Shown here piece by piece: positions 18,310 through 28,158 of a stretch of DNA of 64,000 nucleotides; position 1 is the stretch's first letter; every line of letters starts with the position of its first letter. The position numbers and the translations under genes are program-made. The stretch spans positions 6,415-70,414 of the forward strand of contig JAIORB010000110.1 in assembly GCA_021108325.1 (NCBI GenBank). The letters run 5' to 3'. A model generated the notes under the pieces. The model searched no databases, was not told the DNA's origin, and saw nothing but the letters and a program-made list of their open reading frames with translations. Origin of the DNA: Bacteroidales bacterium (GTDB taxonomy: Bacteria > Bacteroidota > Bacteroidia > Bacteroidales > UBA12077).

Positions 18310-19857
18310 TTAAAAAGGAGCTTCATTGTCGAAATTCTTATTAGTACCCAAATCAAAAATATCGTCATCAGATTTTTTTGCAGCTTTCTGTTCTTTATTC
18401 ATTTTTGAACCATAAGTGCGGGCACCACCATTTATTTCATTTTCAACAGGAATATCTCCAATGAATTCTTCTTCAAAATCTTCGAACTTGGCAAGTTCTT
18501 CTCTAAATCTGAGTTTGATATCAGCTAAAGCGCCGTTCCTATGCTTTGATAATATAATTTCAGCAATCCCCCGCAATGAATTTCCATCCTCATCCTCAAT
18601 AAATCCATATTTTTCAGGACGGTGAATAAACAATACCATATCGGCATCCTGCTCAATAGCTCCTGATTCACGTAAATCAGATAATTGTGGACGTTTTGTT
18701 CCCGAACGCATTTCAACCGAACGATTTAACTGTGAAAGAGCTATAATTGGGACATTCAGTTCTTTAGCAATAGCCTTTAAGGAGCGAGAAATCATACTTA
18801 CTTCTTGTTCGCGATTCCCTCTTGTTTCAGTAGGACCGGTCATTAACTGTAAGTAGTCGATAATAATAATATCAATTTCTTGCTGACTCATTAAACGACG
18901 ACATTTAGCCCTTAGCTCAAAAACAGAGATTGCAGGTGTATCATCAATGAAAATATTGGCATCAACCAAACGTTTAATTTTATATTCTAACTGTTCCCAC
19001 TCAAAAGGCTCTAAGCGCCCATTTCGTATTTTATCTGATGGAAGCTCTGTTTCACTAACTATTAAACGATTAATAAGCTGTACCGATGACATTTCCAGTG
19101 AAAACAATGCTACTCCCTTGTTATGATCAATTGCCATATTTCTGGTCATAGATAAAACGAGTGCTGTTTTACCCATTGATGGCCTGCCTGCTATGATAAC
19201 TAAATCGGAGCGTTGCCAGCCGGAAGTAACTCTATCCAGTTTTGTATAACCTGAAGGAACACCGCTTAATCCATCTTCACGCTTTGATGCTTCTTCAATC
19301 TGACTAAGTGCGTCCTCAATAATAAGGTTAATTTTTGTGGTTTCCTTTTTTATATTCCCTTCAGCAACTTTAAACAATTCCGATTCAGAAAAATCTATTA
19401 AATCATTAACATCAATACTGTCATCATAAGCTCTTCCCTGAATTTCTGTCGAAACACGAATCAGTTCACGTTGAATATATTTTTGGGCTATAATTCTTGC
19501 GTGATATTCGATATGTGCTGCCGAAGATACTTTACTTGCTAACTGGGTAATATAGAACGGCCCTCCAATCAAATCCAGCTCATCTCTTTTTCTTAATTCT
19601 TCGGTTACTGTCAGTATATCAATAGGCTGAAGTTCCTGCGATAAGTCTAAAACTGCTTTAAATATTTTCTGGTGAGCATCTTTATAAAAACTTTCTGCAC
19701 GAATTATATCCATAACAGCAATAATTGCATCTTTCTCGAGCATTATTGCGCCTAATACAGCTTCTTCAAGATCCAATGCCTGAGGAGGTAATTTACCATA
19801 ATCAAGTGCTTGATCAACGTTTATTTTTTTCGAAAAGTTTTTTGTATTGCCTGCCAT
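18310..19857 (-). CDS. dnaB: Replicative DNA helicase DnaB
   Basis: N-terminal DnaB domain (PPQALDLEEAVLGAIML), Walker A (GRPSMGKTA), IIIDYLQLM, and the arginine-finger region (LSQLNRSVE). Confidence 0.97.
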   Translation of the reverse strand: MAGNTKNFSKKINVDQALDYGKLPPQALDLEEAVLGAIMLEKDAIIAVMDIIRAESFYKDAHQKIFKAVLDLSQELQPIDILTVTEELRKRDELDLIGGPFYITQLASKVSSAAHIEYHARIIAQKYIQRELIRVSTEIQGRAYDDSIDVNDLIDFSESELFKVAEGNIKKETTKINLIIEDALSQIEEASKREDGLSGVPSGYTKLDRVTSGWQRSDLVIIAGRPSMGKTALVLSMTRNMAIDHNKGVALFSLEMSSVQLINRLIVSETELPSDKIRNGRLEPFEWEQLEYKIKRLVDANIFIDDTPAISVFELRAKCRRLMSQQEIDIIIIDYLQLMTGPTETRGNREQEVSMISRSLKAIAKELNVPIIALSQLNRSVEMRSGTKRPQLSDLRESGAIEQDADMVLFIHRPEKYGFIEDEDGNSLRGIAEIILSKHRNGALADIKLRFREELAKFEDFEEEFIGDIPVENEINGGARTYGSKMNKEQKAAKKSDDDIFDLGTNKNFDNEAPF

Positions 19858-19992
19858 TTTTTATCTCAATTTTAGGAAATCAAAGGTAAGAATACAATCG
19901 TCAAATTGAATATTATTATTATTTTTCTGTGCGTTTTTTATCAACGTCAGTTATTAACAATTGTTAATTATTTTTTAAAAAAAAGTAGTCAA

Positions 19993-20742
19993 TTAATGAT
20001 TGCGGAAATACTTTTTGCGATTCCAAACAAATTTTAGTTTAATAGCATTAAACTTACATACATCAATACACTTTCCGCAAAGTATGCATTCCGAATTAGT
20101 TACTAATCCTTTGTTATTCTCAATATAATCTAACATTGGCAATCTTACAAGACAATCCTTCTCACATTTACCACAACGAGTACACTTATCTTTATCAATA
20201 ACCGGAATTAACCTTGAATAATTCGCTCCTGCAGCACAAAGAGCTCCCATAAAACAAAGATTTTTACATACCCATCTGCGTTCAAGCAGTAACCCAAATA
20301 TCAAAGCTGCTCCTATATCAATCATCCAAACCTTTTGGTAATGGAAATCAAAATTTGGCTTTAAATACAAAAGGTTAATTTCAAAATTATGAGTAAGGTT
20401 TTGCTCTTTATTTAAAAAGTAAAATAAGATTGCTGTCGTAAAAAAAGGAACAATAATCAAAAACCGCACCCATATTTTTGGTTTTTTCCATTTCATTTTT
20501 ATAATTGAATGTTGGCTTGCGAAATCTGAAGCTGTACCCATAAAACAAAACCAACCGCAACCAATTCTACCAAACAATGGCGAAATAAGAATAAAGATCC
20601 CCCAAATAATTACTACCGCAGTAATTACACCCCAATATATAGAATGCCAGATAAATCCAATACCAACTAATTGAAACAAAACTGGTGTTAATAACAAAAA
20701 AATTAATCTTGAAATAAAGTTAAAAGAATATAAAGATTTCAT
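19993..20742 (-). CDS. Membrane 4Fe-4S ferredoxin-type protein (NapH/MauN-like)
   Basis: TM helices with CGWFCFMG and WVCKNLCFMGALC motifs, plus two ferredoxin-type clusters (CTRCGKCEKDC, CILCGKCIDVC). Confidence 0.8.
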   Translation of the reverse strand: MKSLYSFNFISRLIFLLLTPVLFQLVGIGFIWHSIYWGVITAVVIIWGIFILISPLFGRIGCGWFCFMGTASDFASQHSIIKMKWKKPKIWVRFLIIVPFFTTAILFYFLNKEQNLTHNFEINLLYLKPNFDFHYQKVWMIDIGAALIFGLLLERRWVCKNLCFMGALCAAGANYSRLIPVIDKDKCTRCGKCEKDCLVRLPMLDYIENNKGLVTNSECILCGKCIDVCKFNAIKLKFVWNRKKYFRNH

Positions 20743-20757
20743 TTTGATATATTTATG

Positions 20758-21395
20758 TTAATATATGATTGGGAGTAAATTTACAAAAGCTAATACAGAG
20801 CAATTAAACACATCTACAAGTAAATGTGAAAAATAAGGCAAAACAAGACTTCTGCTTTTTTTATAAATAAAAGACCAAGCCAATCCCATAATAAAAACAG
20901 ATATTATCAACTCTTTTGTTAACATTGGTTTGGAAAAACTCCCCACATAGCCGGGTGTGAAAGGGTAAACAAGGCTGAAGAAATCAACGCTTTTATACCA
21001 AAGCGAATATCTTCGCCTTTTTCAAGCATGTATCCTCTCCAGAACAGTTCTTCAAAAAATGGATTTATTAAAGCAACTAATAACCACGACACAATTAAAA
21101 ATGTTGTTGTAAATAATTTATATGAGATTAAAAAAATTGGAAGCGGAATTATGCCAACGAGTAAAGCAAGAAGAATTAAATACCAACGAAAATTCCTCAT
21201 TTTAAAATATTCTTTTATTCTTTTTCCCGATTTTTTCGAATCTCTATACACGATTATGCTAATTCCACTCCAATAAACTATTACAAGCGCAATCCAACTC
21301 ATTGAGCCTATTAATGAATTAAATATAAGAGATATTAAAAACCCTATTAGGATTAAGATTATTGGTGGTATTAAATACTTAATATATTTTTTCAT
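20758..21395 (-). pseudogene. CPBP (CAAX/Abi) intramembrane metalloprotease interrupted by a frameshift
   Basis: The upstream fragment carries EELFWRGY and FTLSHP. The downstream fragment (20758..20946) carries the third motif, SHLLVDVFN. The frames differ by one nucleotide at a G4 run (20941..20944). Confidence 0.75.
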
Positions 21396-21400
21396 ACTTC

Positions 21401-21820
21401 TTAATATTTAGGAATTAATACCATTTCCAAATTATCTTTCAACTCAAACTTACGTTCTTCAATTGATGGTGTTCCAAAATGAGATGAAGCATTATTAGAA
21501 AATCCATATCCTTCATTTGGAATACCCATCCAGTTAGTGTCAAGCTGATCATTAGAATTCTCATCATGAAAATATCTAATTGTGTAGAATCCTGTAATTA
21601 AACTATCAATTTCAACTACAGATTGTTGCTGCGAAATACTGACAACTTTCCCAATATTAATTTCACCATTGGATGAAGTTAGTTGAAGTACAACCTCTCC
21701 CTTATTGCTCTTTAAATTTTTAATTTCAATACGAATTAAGTGATAATTGTTTTGTGAAAATAGATAAGCTGAATTTAATAATAGAATTAATGTGGTTAGA
21801 ATAATAACTTTAGATTTCAT
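21401..21820 (-). CDS. DUF2141-family secreted protein
   Basis: Signal peptide and the characteristic C-terminal HDENSNDQLDTNWMGIPNEGYGFSNN motif. Confidence 0.75.
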   Translation of the reverse strand: MKSKVIILTTLILLLNSAYLFSQNNYHLIRIEIKNLKSNKGEVVLQLTSSNGEINIGKVVSISQQQSVVEIDSLITGFYTIRYFHDENSNDQLDTNWMGIPNEGYGFSNNASSHFGTPSIEERKFELKDNLEMVLIPKY

Positions 21821-21892
21821 AAAAAAGATTTTATAAGTTTTATTTTTTTATCTCTTCAAATCTATTTTATAAAATATTCTATTTCAAAAATT

Positions 21893-21927
21893 TGTGATAA
21901 ACGGGAAGAAGATGTGATAAACGGGAA
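21893..21927. promoter_or_regulatory. Perfect 15-bp direct repeat TGTGATAAACGGGAA x2 (period 20 bp), candidate LytTR-type binding site
   Basis: Copies at 21893..21907 and 21913..21927. They lie 73-107 nt upstream of the DUF2141 start and 10 nt past the stop of the LytTR-domain gene. Confidence 0.5.
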
Positions 21928-21936
21928 ACTATAATT

Positions 21937-22809
21937 CTAATTATGAGTAATTCTGCTTAATAATTCTTTTGAGATATCCCTTGAAACGGGAACTGGAAAA
22001 CTAAACTCATCAACAATAAAGTTATATCCTTTTGCATTCCCCGTAACCCTTTTTACTTTATCAAGATTAATAATATATGATTTGTGGCACCTCAATATTC
22101 GATCGGAACATCTTAAACAATCTTCTATATTCTTTAATGTATTTCTTAAAATTACTTTTTGGGGATTTGATTGTTCAAGGTAATATACCTGGCAATAATT
22201 ACCTTCGGCTTTAATGTATATTAAATCTTGTTCCAAAAGATTGACTTTTTCATCTAATCTTATCATTCTAACATTATTATTTCTATAATTTGATTTTGTT
22301 AAATTTGCATTTGCTTTTTCTGCTCTTGAATCATATTTTTTATACAATCTTCTTTCAAGCCACAAATTAAAAATAACAGTAGGAATTATACTAATTATAA
22401 AGGTTCGATGCACTACTGCAAATAAAAAAGGAAGTAAAGAAGTTCTATTATTAGGATTATCGTATTTAAACGAGAATAATGCATTAAAAACACCAATAGA
22501 AACAACTAAAATAATTCCATAAACAATACTCCTTCCAGTATTCCATCTTTCAGAATTAAAGTAACCAGGAAGAATAATTGGTAAAATATAACTATAAAAA
22601 AACAAGACTAGGAAGGTAATGATTCCATAAGCAAAAGCCTTTAATATCTGTATATATGAACTTTCACCATCAGGAGAATACTCGAAAGAAATTAGAAACA
22701 ATGTAATAAAAATTCCAAAAACAATTGAAATTACTAGTTTTTGTTTTGTTGATTCAAAAAACAACATTGGTCTCAGGAACCATGATTTTATATTATCAAA
22801 TAATTTCAT
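21937..22809 (-). CDS. Membrane-anchored LytTR-domain DNA-binding protein
   Basis: About 5 N-terminal TM helices and a C-terminal LytTR domain (IYIKAEGNYCQVYY...LRCHKSYIINLDKV...PVSRDISKELL). The start is taken at MKLFDN (22809); the ORF is open back to 22890. Confidence 0.8.
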   Translation of the reverse strand: MKLFDNIKSWFLRPMLFFESTKQKLVISIVFGIFITLFLISFEYSPDGESSYIQILKAFAYGIITFLVLFFYSYILPIILPGYFNSERWNTGRSIVYGIILVVSIGVFNALFSFKYDNPNNRTSLLPFLFAVVHRTFIISIIPTVIFNLWLERRLYKKYDSRAEKANANLTKSNYRNNNVRMIRLDEKVNLLEQDLIYIKAEGNYCQVYYLEQSNPQKVILRNTLKNIEDCLRCSDRILRCHKSYIINLDKVKRVTGNAKGYNFIVDEFSFPVPVSRDISKELLSRITHN

Positions 22810-22930
22810 CCTAAATATTTTGCATGAAAATAATGATTTCTTATTAAAAAACATTGGTGATTTGGAGTTTAAACAGAAATTAAAATACATTCAACTTTTA
22901 TTTATACTTTTATCGAAAATTACATGCTGA

Positions 22931-23743
22931 ATGATCAATTTCCCAAATGCCAAAATAAATATTGGCTTAAATATTACTGAAAAAAGACCTGATGGATTTC
23001 ATAATATCGAAACCATTTTCTATCCGATTGGCTTATCGGATATTTTAGAAATTAATATTTCTGACGATAAGATTAACTTTGACAATACCGGTTTAACCGT
23101 TGAAGATAAAAGGCTGGAAACTAATCTTTGTTACAAAGCTTACCAGATACTAAATAATGATTTTTCAATTGATCCGATAAATATTCATTTACATAAAATA
23201 GTCCCATTCGGGGCTGGCTTAGGTGGTGGTTCTTCCGATGCTTCGTTTACATTAAAAGCAATCAATTCGATTATGAATCTTACCTTAGATGATAATACAC
23301 TTATTGAATATTCAGAAAAGATTGGAAGTGATTGCCCGTTTTTTATAATAAACAAACCATCATTTGCCTCAGAAAAAGGTAATGTATTAAAACCAATAGA
23401 TCTGAGCTTAAAAGGATATTTTCTGGTAATAGTTTATCCCGGAATTCATGTTAATACTGCTAAAGCCTATTCGAAAATATCTCCTAAGAAGCCTGAAATA
23501 AGTCTTTCTGAGTTAATTAAACAACCCGTAGAAAACTGGAAAGAAACAATAAAAAATGATTTTGAAGATTCTGTTTTTAATGATCACCCTGAAATTGAAA
23601 AAATAAAATCAAAGCTTTATAACTTAGGTGCAATTTATTCGTCGATGTCCGGTAGCGGATCTGCTGTTTTTGGAATTTTTAACCGTAAAACTGATATAAA
23701 AAATAGTTTTAATAAATATTTTACCTGGACAGAAGTATTATAA
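22931..23743 (+). CDS. ispE: 4-diphosphocytidyl-2-C-methyl-D-erythritol kinase
   Basis: NAKINIGLNITEKRPDGFHNIETIF, and a GHMP kinase motif (PFGAGLGGGSSDAS). Confidence 0.92.
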   Translation: MINFPNAKINIGLNITEKRPDGFHNIETIFYPIGLSDILEINISDDKINFDNTGLTVEDKRLETNLCYKAYQILNNDFSIDPINIHLHKIVPFGAGLGGGSSDASFTLKAINSIMNLTLDDNTLIEYSEKIGSDCPFFIINKPSFASEKGNVLKPIDLSLKGYFLVIVYPGIHVNTAKAYSKISPKKPEISLSELIKQPVENWKETIKNDFEDSVFNDHPEIEKIKSKLYNLGAIYSSMSGSGSAVFGIFNRKTDIKNSFNKYFTWTEVL

Positions 23744-23785
23744 AAAAACATCCGAAACAAATTGTTCCGGATGCTTAATTCTGGG

Positions 23786-24154
23786 TTATTTCAATTCTAC
23801 CATTAAATGTTTTTTCGGCACCTTCTCATTTTCGGTAACATAGATTTTCTTAACTGTTCCGTCAATTGGGAAATAAATTTTATTCTTCATTTTCATTGCC
23901 TCAAGAACCATCATTAGATCTCCTTCTTTTACTTTTTGTCCCTCTTCAACATAAACTTTTATAACAGTTCCGGGGATTTGAGATAATATTTTTTTAAGAT
24001 TCGGTTCTTCCCATTTTTCCCTGTTCTTAAATTTTTCTGTTAAAAGAGTTTTATACTTAACGTCATTAATAACTAAAGTTTTAAAGCGAACTTTAGAGAC
24101 TTCCTCTTCTTTTATAGCTGAGGCTTTTGTACTTGTTTTTGGTTTTGTTGCCAT
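23786..24154 (-). CDS. Biotin carboxyl carrier (biotinyl/lipoyl domain) subunit
   Basis: Biotinylation motif (LEAMKMKN) in the C-terminal ~70 aa. The start is taken at MATKPKT (24154), 10 nt after the carboxyltransferase stop. Confidence 0.85.
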   Translation of the reverse strand: MATKPKTSTKASAIKEEEVSKVRFKTLVINDVKYKTLLTEKFKNREKWEEPNLKKILSQIPGTVIKVYVEEGQKVKEGDLMMVLEAMKMKNKIYFPIDGTVKKIYVTENEKVPKKHLMVELK

Positions 24155-24164
24155 AGCTTTGTTT

Positions 24165-25712
24165 TTAAAATGGAGGAATTCCATGTTTTTTAATCGGTTT
24201 CCTGTCTACTTTATCTTGCGAAACTTCTATTGCATGCAACAATATTTTTCGTGTTTCCTCGGGTTCAATAACCGAATCAACATAACCTTTTGCAGCAGCA
24301 ACATAAGGATTAGCAAATTTCTCTTTGTATTCTTTAACTTTTTGCTTACGCATTTTTTCAGGATCTTCGGCGCCCATTATTTCTTTTCTAAAAATAATGT
24401 TAGCAGCACCTTCAGGTCCCATAACAGCAATTTCAGCTCCCGGCAATGCAAATACAAAATCGGCATTTAAGTGACGTGAATTCATTGCAATGTATCCACC
24501 GCCATATGCTTTACGAAGTATAACAGTAATTTTTGGAACAGTAGCTTCAGAATAAGCATAAAGAATTTTTGCTCCATGACGAATAACTCCTGCATGTTCC
24601 TGGTCAACACCCGGAAGATATCCTGGTAAATCAACTAATGTTACAATTGGAATATTGAATGAATCACAATAGCGAATAAATCGTGCGGCTTTATCAGACG
24701 AATCAACATCAAGGACTCCCGCCAATACTAAGGGTTGATTACATACAAAACCTACTGTTTGACCACCCATCCTTCCGAATCCGATAACTATATTCGCAGC
24801 CCATAATTCCTGGATTTCGAAGAAATCAGAATCGTCAGTAACTGCTCTGACAACATCACGAACATCGTATGGATCTTTTGGATTACCCGGAATAATTTCA
24901 TCAATTTTATATTGATCAATTTTTGGTTCCTTAGCTTCAAACGAATGTGCTTTTTTACTATTATTCCATGGAATATAAGTTATTAGTTTCTTTACCTGAT
25001 CAAAGCATTCAATTTCACTTTCTGCATAAAAATGTGCATTACCTGTAATTTCACTATGTACTCTCGCTCCTCCTAAATCTTCCATGGAAATTTCTTCGCC
25101 AAGAACAGTTTTTATAACTTCAGGTCCTGTAATAAACATTTTAGAAATCTTATCTACTACAAATACAAAGTCGGTTAAAGCAGGAGAATATACAGCACCA
25201 CCTGCACATGGGCCAAGAATTACAGAGAGTTGAGGTATAACGCCCGAAGCAATCGTATTACGATAAAAAATCTCACCATACCCGGCTAAAGAGTTAACAC
25301 CTTCCTGAATACGAGCACCCCCAGAATCATTAATTCCAATAAGTGGAACTCTCAATTTCATGGCATGATCCATGATTTTGGTAATTTTTCTTGCATGCAT
25401 TAATCCCAAAGATCCGCCGGCAACGGTAAAATCCTGAGCATAAATACATATTGGAGCACCATAAATTGTTCCTGTACCAATAATTACACCATCGCCATGA
25501 AGTACTTTGGTAGCCATACCAAAATCACGGGCTTCATGTTCCACGAACATATCATACTCATGGAAAGAATTTTCATCTAATAGTGTAATTATTCTTTCTC
25601 GAGCAGTCATTTTCCCCATAGCAACTTGCTTCTCGATGGCCTTTTCGCCACCACCCTGGAGAACTTTTTCTCGTTTCTTTTGAAGTTCAAGAATTTTTCT
25701 TTTCAAAGACAT
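24165..25712 (-). CDS. Acyl-CoA carboxyltransferase (propionyl-CoA carboxylase beta / methylmalonyl-CoA decarboxylase alpha family)
   Basis: 515 aa with typical PccB/MmdA blocks (GKMTARERI, FTVAGGSLG, GINDSGGARIQEG, GPCAGGAVYSPALTDF, AYGGGYIAM). Confidence 0.92.
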   Translation of the reverse strand: MSLKRKILELQKKREKVLQGGGEKAIEKQVAMGKMTARERIITLLDENSFHEYDMFVEHEARDFGMATKVLHGDGVIIGTGTIYGAPICIYAQDFTVAGGSLGLMHARKITKIMDHAMKLRVPLIGINDSGGARIQEGVNSLAGYGEIFYRNTIASGVIPQLSVILGPCAGGAVYSPALTDFVFVVDKISKMFITGPEVIKTVLGEEISMEDLGGARVHSEITGNAHFYAESEIECFDQVKKLITYIPWNNSKKAHSFEAKEPKIDQYKIDEIIPGNPKDPYDVRDVVRAVTDDSDFFEIQELWAANIVIGFGRMGGQTVGFVCNQPLVLAGVLDVDSSDKAARFIRYCDSFNIPIVTLVDLPGYLPGVDQEHAGVIRHGAKILYAYSEATVPKITVILRKAYGGGYIAMNSRHLNADFVFALPGAEIAVMGPEGAANIIFRKEIMGAEDPEKMRKQKVKEYKEKFANPYVAAAKGYVDSVIEPEETRKILLHAIEVSQDKVDRKPIKKHGIPPF

Positions 25713-25939
25713 AAATTGTTCATTTAGTTAATAATTACTTATGATAATTAAATAATTTCATAAGCAGTTTTTCAAAAAAAGAAGTGCAACATTACAAAAT
25801 CAATCTTATTTATAAAAATTAAAATGTAACTTATATAGCACATAAGAAACCAATGCATTAGTACCCAGTCCTATAATTTATAAGATAAAACATTTGTTTC
25901 ATTAGCAAAGGTAGGAAATTTTAGTTTAGACTGACTATT

Positions 25940-27031
25940 TTATTTTGGAGCCAGGCGATACAAAAATACACCAATTATGGTATAAATAATATTAGGCAAC
26001 CATACAGCAAATAAAACATTCAAACTACCACTAATAGCAAACATTGCTGTAAATCGCATAAACAATATAAAAGAAAAGCTGAGAGCCAAGCCAAATCCAA
26101 TATGCATTCCAATTCCTCCGCGAGCTTTTCTGGAAGATAATGAAACACCAATTAATGTTAGTATAAATGTAGAAAATGGATAAGCAAAACGACTGTATTT
26201 ATCGATTAATAATTCGACAACGTTATCTGCCCCTTGCATATACTGTTTATCTATGTATTCATTTAATTCACGCAAATTCATTGTTTCGGTAAAATTTTGC
26301 ATTCGCTTAAACTCTTCAGGAAACATGTTTAACGTCGTATCAATTTTAGAGCCAGTTGTAACTTTTTCACTCAAACTATCAATATCTCTAATATAATAAT
26401 TACGTATGGTCCATTTCGAAATTGTTGAATCCCACTTTACATAATCTGAAATTAATTTCGACTTTAAAACTCCATTTTCAAATTTCTCCATAGAAAATTT
26501 ATAACCTACGTCGTTGGTAGTATTATAACTTTTCATATAAATAAATAATCCAGGCTCAATTTGTCGGTGAATATCTTTATCCGTATTTCGTATCGGGTTT
26601 TTAATATACTTATATTCAAAATCTTTTCGTATTACATTTGCAGGTGGAATAATGTATGCCATTAATACAAATGACAACAGCGCAATTACCATTGCTGATA
26701 TAAAATATGGATACATCATTCTTCTGAAACTTACACCACTACTTAGAATTGCAATAATTTCAGTATTGTAAGCCATTTTAGAAGTAAAAAATATTACTGC
26801 AATAAATGTAAAAAGAGAGCTAAACAAGTTAGCAAAATAGGGAATCCAATTCAGGTAATAATCAAAAACAATTTCGTTAGCAGGAGCTGATTTTTCTAAA
26901 AAATCTTCAACTTTTTCGGCGAGATCAAAAACTATAGCAATACTAATAATAATAGTAATTGCAAAGAAATAAGTTCCAAGAAACTTTTTAATTATATATA
27001 GGTCAATCTTCTTAAGTCCTAAAAACCTCAT
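25940..27031 (-). CDS. LptF/LptG-family LPS export permease
   Basis: YjgP/YjgQ-type N-terminus (DLYIIKKFLGTYFFAI), six TM segments and a central periplasmic domain. Overlaps the tgt stop by 4 nt. Confidence 0.85.
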   Translation of the reverse strand: MRFLGLKKIDLYIIKKFLGTYFFAITIIISIAIVFDLAEKVEDFLEKSAPANEIVFDYYLNWIPYFANLFSSLFTFIAVIFFTSKMAYNTEIIAILSSGVSFRRMMYPYFISAMVIALLSFVLMAYIIPPANVIRKDFEYKYIKNPIRNTDKDIHRQIEPGLFIYMKSYNTTNDVGYKFSMEKFENGVLKSKLISDYVKWDSTISKWTIRNYYIRDIDSLSEKVTTGSKIDTTLNMFPEEFKRMQNFTETMNLRELNEYIDKQYMQGADNVVELLIDKYSRFAYPFSTFILTLIGVSLSSRKARGGIGMHIGFGLALSFSFILFMRFTAMFAISGSLNVLFAVWLPNIIYTIIGVFLYRLAPK

Positions 27032-28158
27032 AACCTTATCGATAACTTTTGAACCATTTCATTTTTCCAAGCATAAAACGATCCATCTAATATTCTTTGT
27101 CTGGCCTCTGTAACAAGCCAAAGATAAAAACTTAAATTATGTAAACTAGCTATTTGTGCTCCTAATATTTCCTTGGAAATGATTAAATGTCTTAAATAAG
27201 CTCTTGAGAATTTTGTATCAACAAAAGATGCACCATTTTCTTCAATTTGAGAAAAATCGTTTTTCCATTTAACATTTTTTATATTAATTATTCCATTTCG
27301 GGTAAATAACATTCCATTTCGTCCATTACGAGTAGGCATAACACAATCGAACATATCAATACCCCGGGCAATACCTTCAAGAATATTTACAGGAGTACCA
27401 ACACCCATTAAATAACGGGGTTTGTCTTCTGGTAATATTTCATTTACCACTTCAATCATATCATACATATCCTCAACAGGTTCGCCAACTGACAAACCTC
27501 CAATGGCATAGCCATCTCTCTCGTGTGAAGCAATTGTTTTAGCAGATTCAATTCTTAAATCTTTAAAAACACTCCCTTGTACAATTGGGAAAAATGTTTG
27601 GCTATGTCCGTGTAATGGTTCAGTTTCATCAAATCTTTTTAATCCACGTTTTAACCAACGATGAGTTAATTCCATTGATTTTTTTGCATAATTGTAATCA
27701 CACGGATAAGAAGTGCATTCATCAAACGCCATAATAATATCAGCACCAATTATTCTTTGAATATCAACAATATTTTCAGGAGTAAATATATGTTTTGATC
27801 CATCTATATGAGACCTAAAATGTGCTCCTTCTTCTTTTAATTTTCTGTTTGCTGCTAATGAAAAAACCTGATAACCTCCACTGTCAGTTAGGATTGGCCG
27901 ATCCCAACTAATAAATCTATGCAAACCTCCGGCCATTTGCATGGTTTCCATACCGGGTCGTAAATACAAATGGTAAGTGTTTCCTAAAATTATCTGTGCT
28001 TTTACATCTTCGATTAGATCTTTCTGATTAACCCCTTTCACACTCCCTACTGTTCCGACAGGCATAAAAATAGGAGTTTGAATTTTTCCATGATCAGTTG
28101 TTAACTCCCCTGCTCTCGCCTTTGTTTTTGGGTCTTTTGCAAATATCTCAAATTTCAT
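27028..28158 (-). CDS. tgt: Queuine tRNA-ribosyltransferase (tRNA-guanine transglycosylase)
   Basis: TPIFMPVGT, LTDSGGYQ, AFDEC, and a zinc-site region. The start is taken at MKFEIF (28158). Confidence 0.95.
   Translation of the reverse strand: MKFEIFAKDPKTKARAGELTTDHGKIQTPIFMPVGTVGSVKGVNQKDLIEDVKAQIILGNTYHLYLRPGMETMQMAGGLHRFISWDRPILTDSGGYQVFSLAANRKLKEEGAHFRSHIDGSKHIFTPENIVDIQRIIGADIIMAFDECTSYPCDYNYAKKSMELTHRWLKRGLKRFDETEPLHGHSQTFFPIVQGSVFKDLRIESAKTIASHERDGYAIGGLSVGEPVEDMYDMIEVVNEILPEDKPRYLMGVGTPVNILEGIARGIDMFDCVMPTRNGRNGMLFTRNGIINIKNVKWKNDFSQIEENGASFVDTKFSRAYLRHLIISKEILGAQIASLHNLSFYLWLVTEARQRILDGSFYAWKNEMVQKLSIRL

Noticed and set aside
24159-24470. Antisense or shadow ORFs inside long genes: 24159..24470, 7883..8173, 9188..9615, 14534..14824, 15133..15372, 46417..46665, 52662..52952, 59693..59956, 62336..62712 and others.
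   Set aside because: Each lies wholly within a well-supported gene on the opposite strand or in another frame. They are low-complexity or hydrophobic junk translations with no independent motifs.
23786-25712. Apparently incomplete methylmalonyl-CoA decarboxylase/carboxylase locus: only the carboxyltransferase and biotin carrier are present, with no Na-pumping beta subunit or biotin carboxylase.
   Set aside because: The other subunits are frequently encoded elsewhere, so their absence from a 64-kb window is not evidence of anything unusual.
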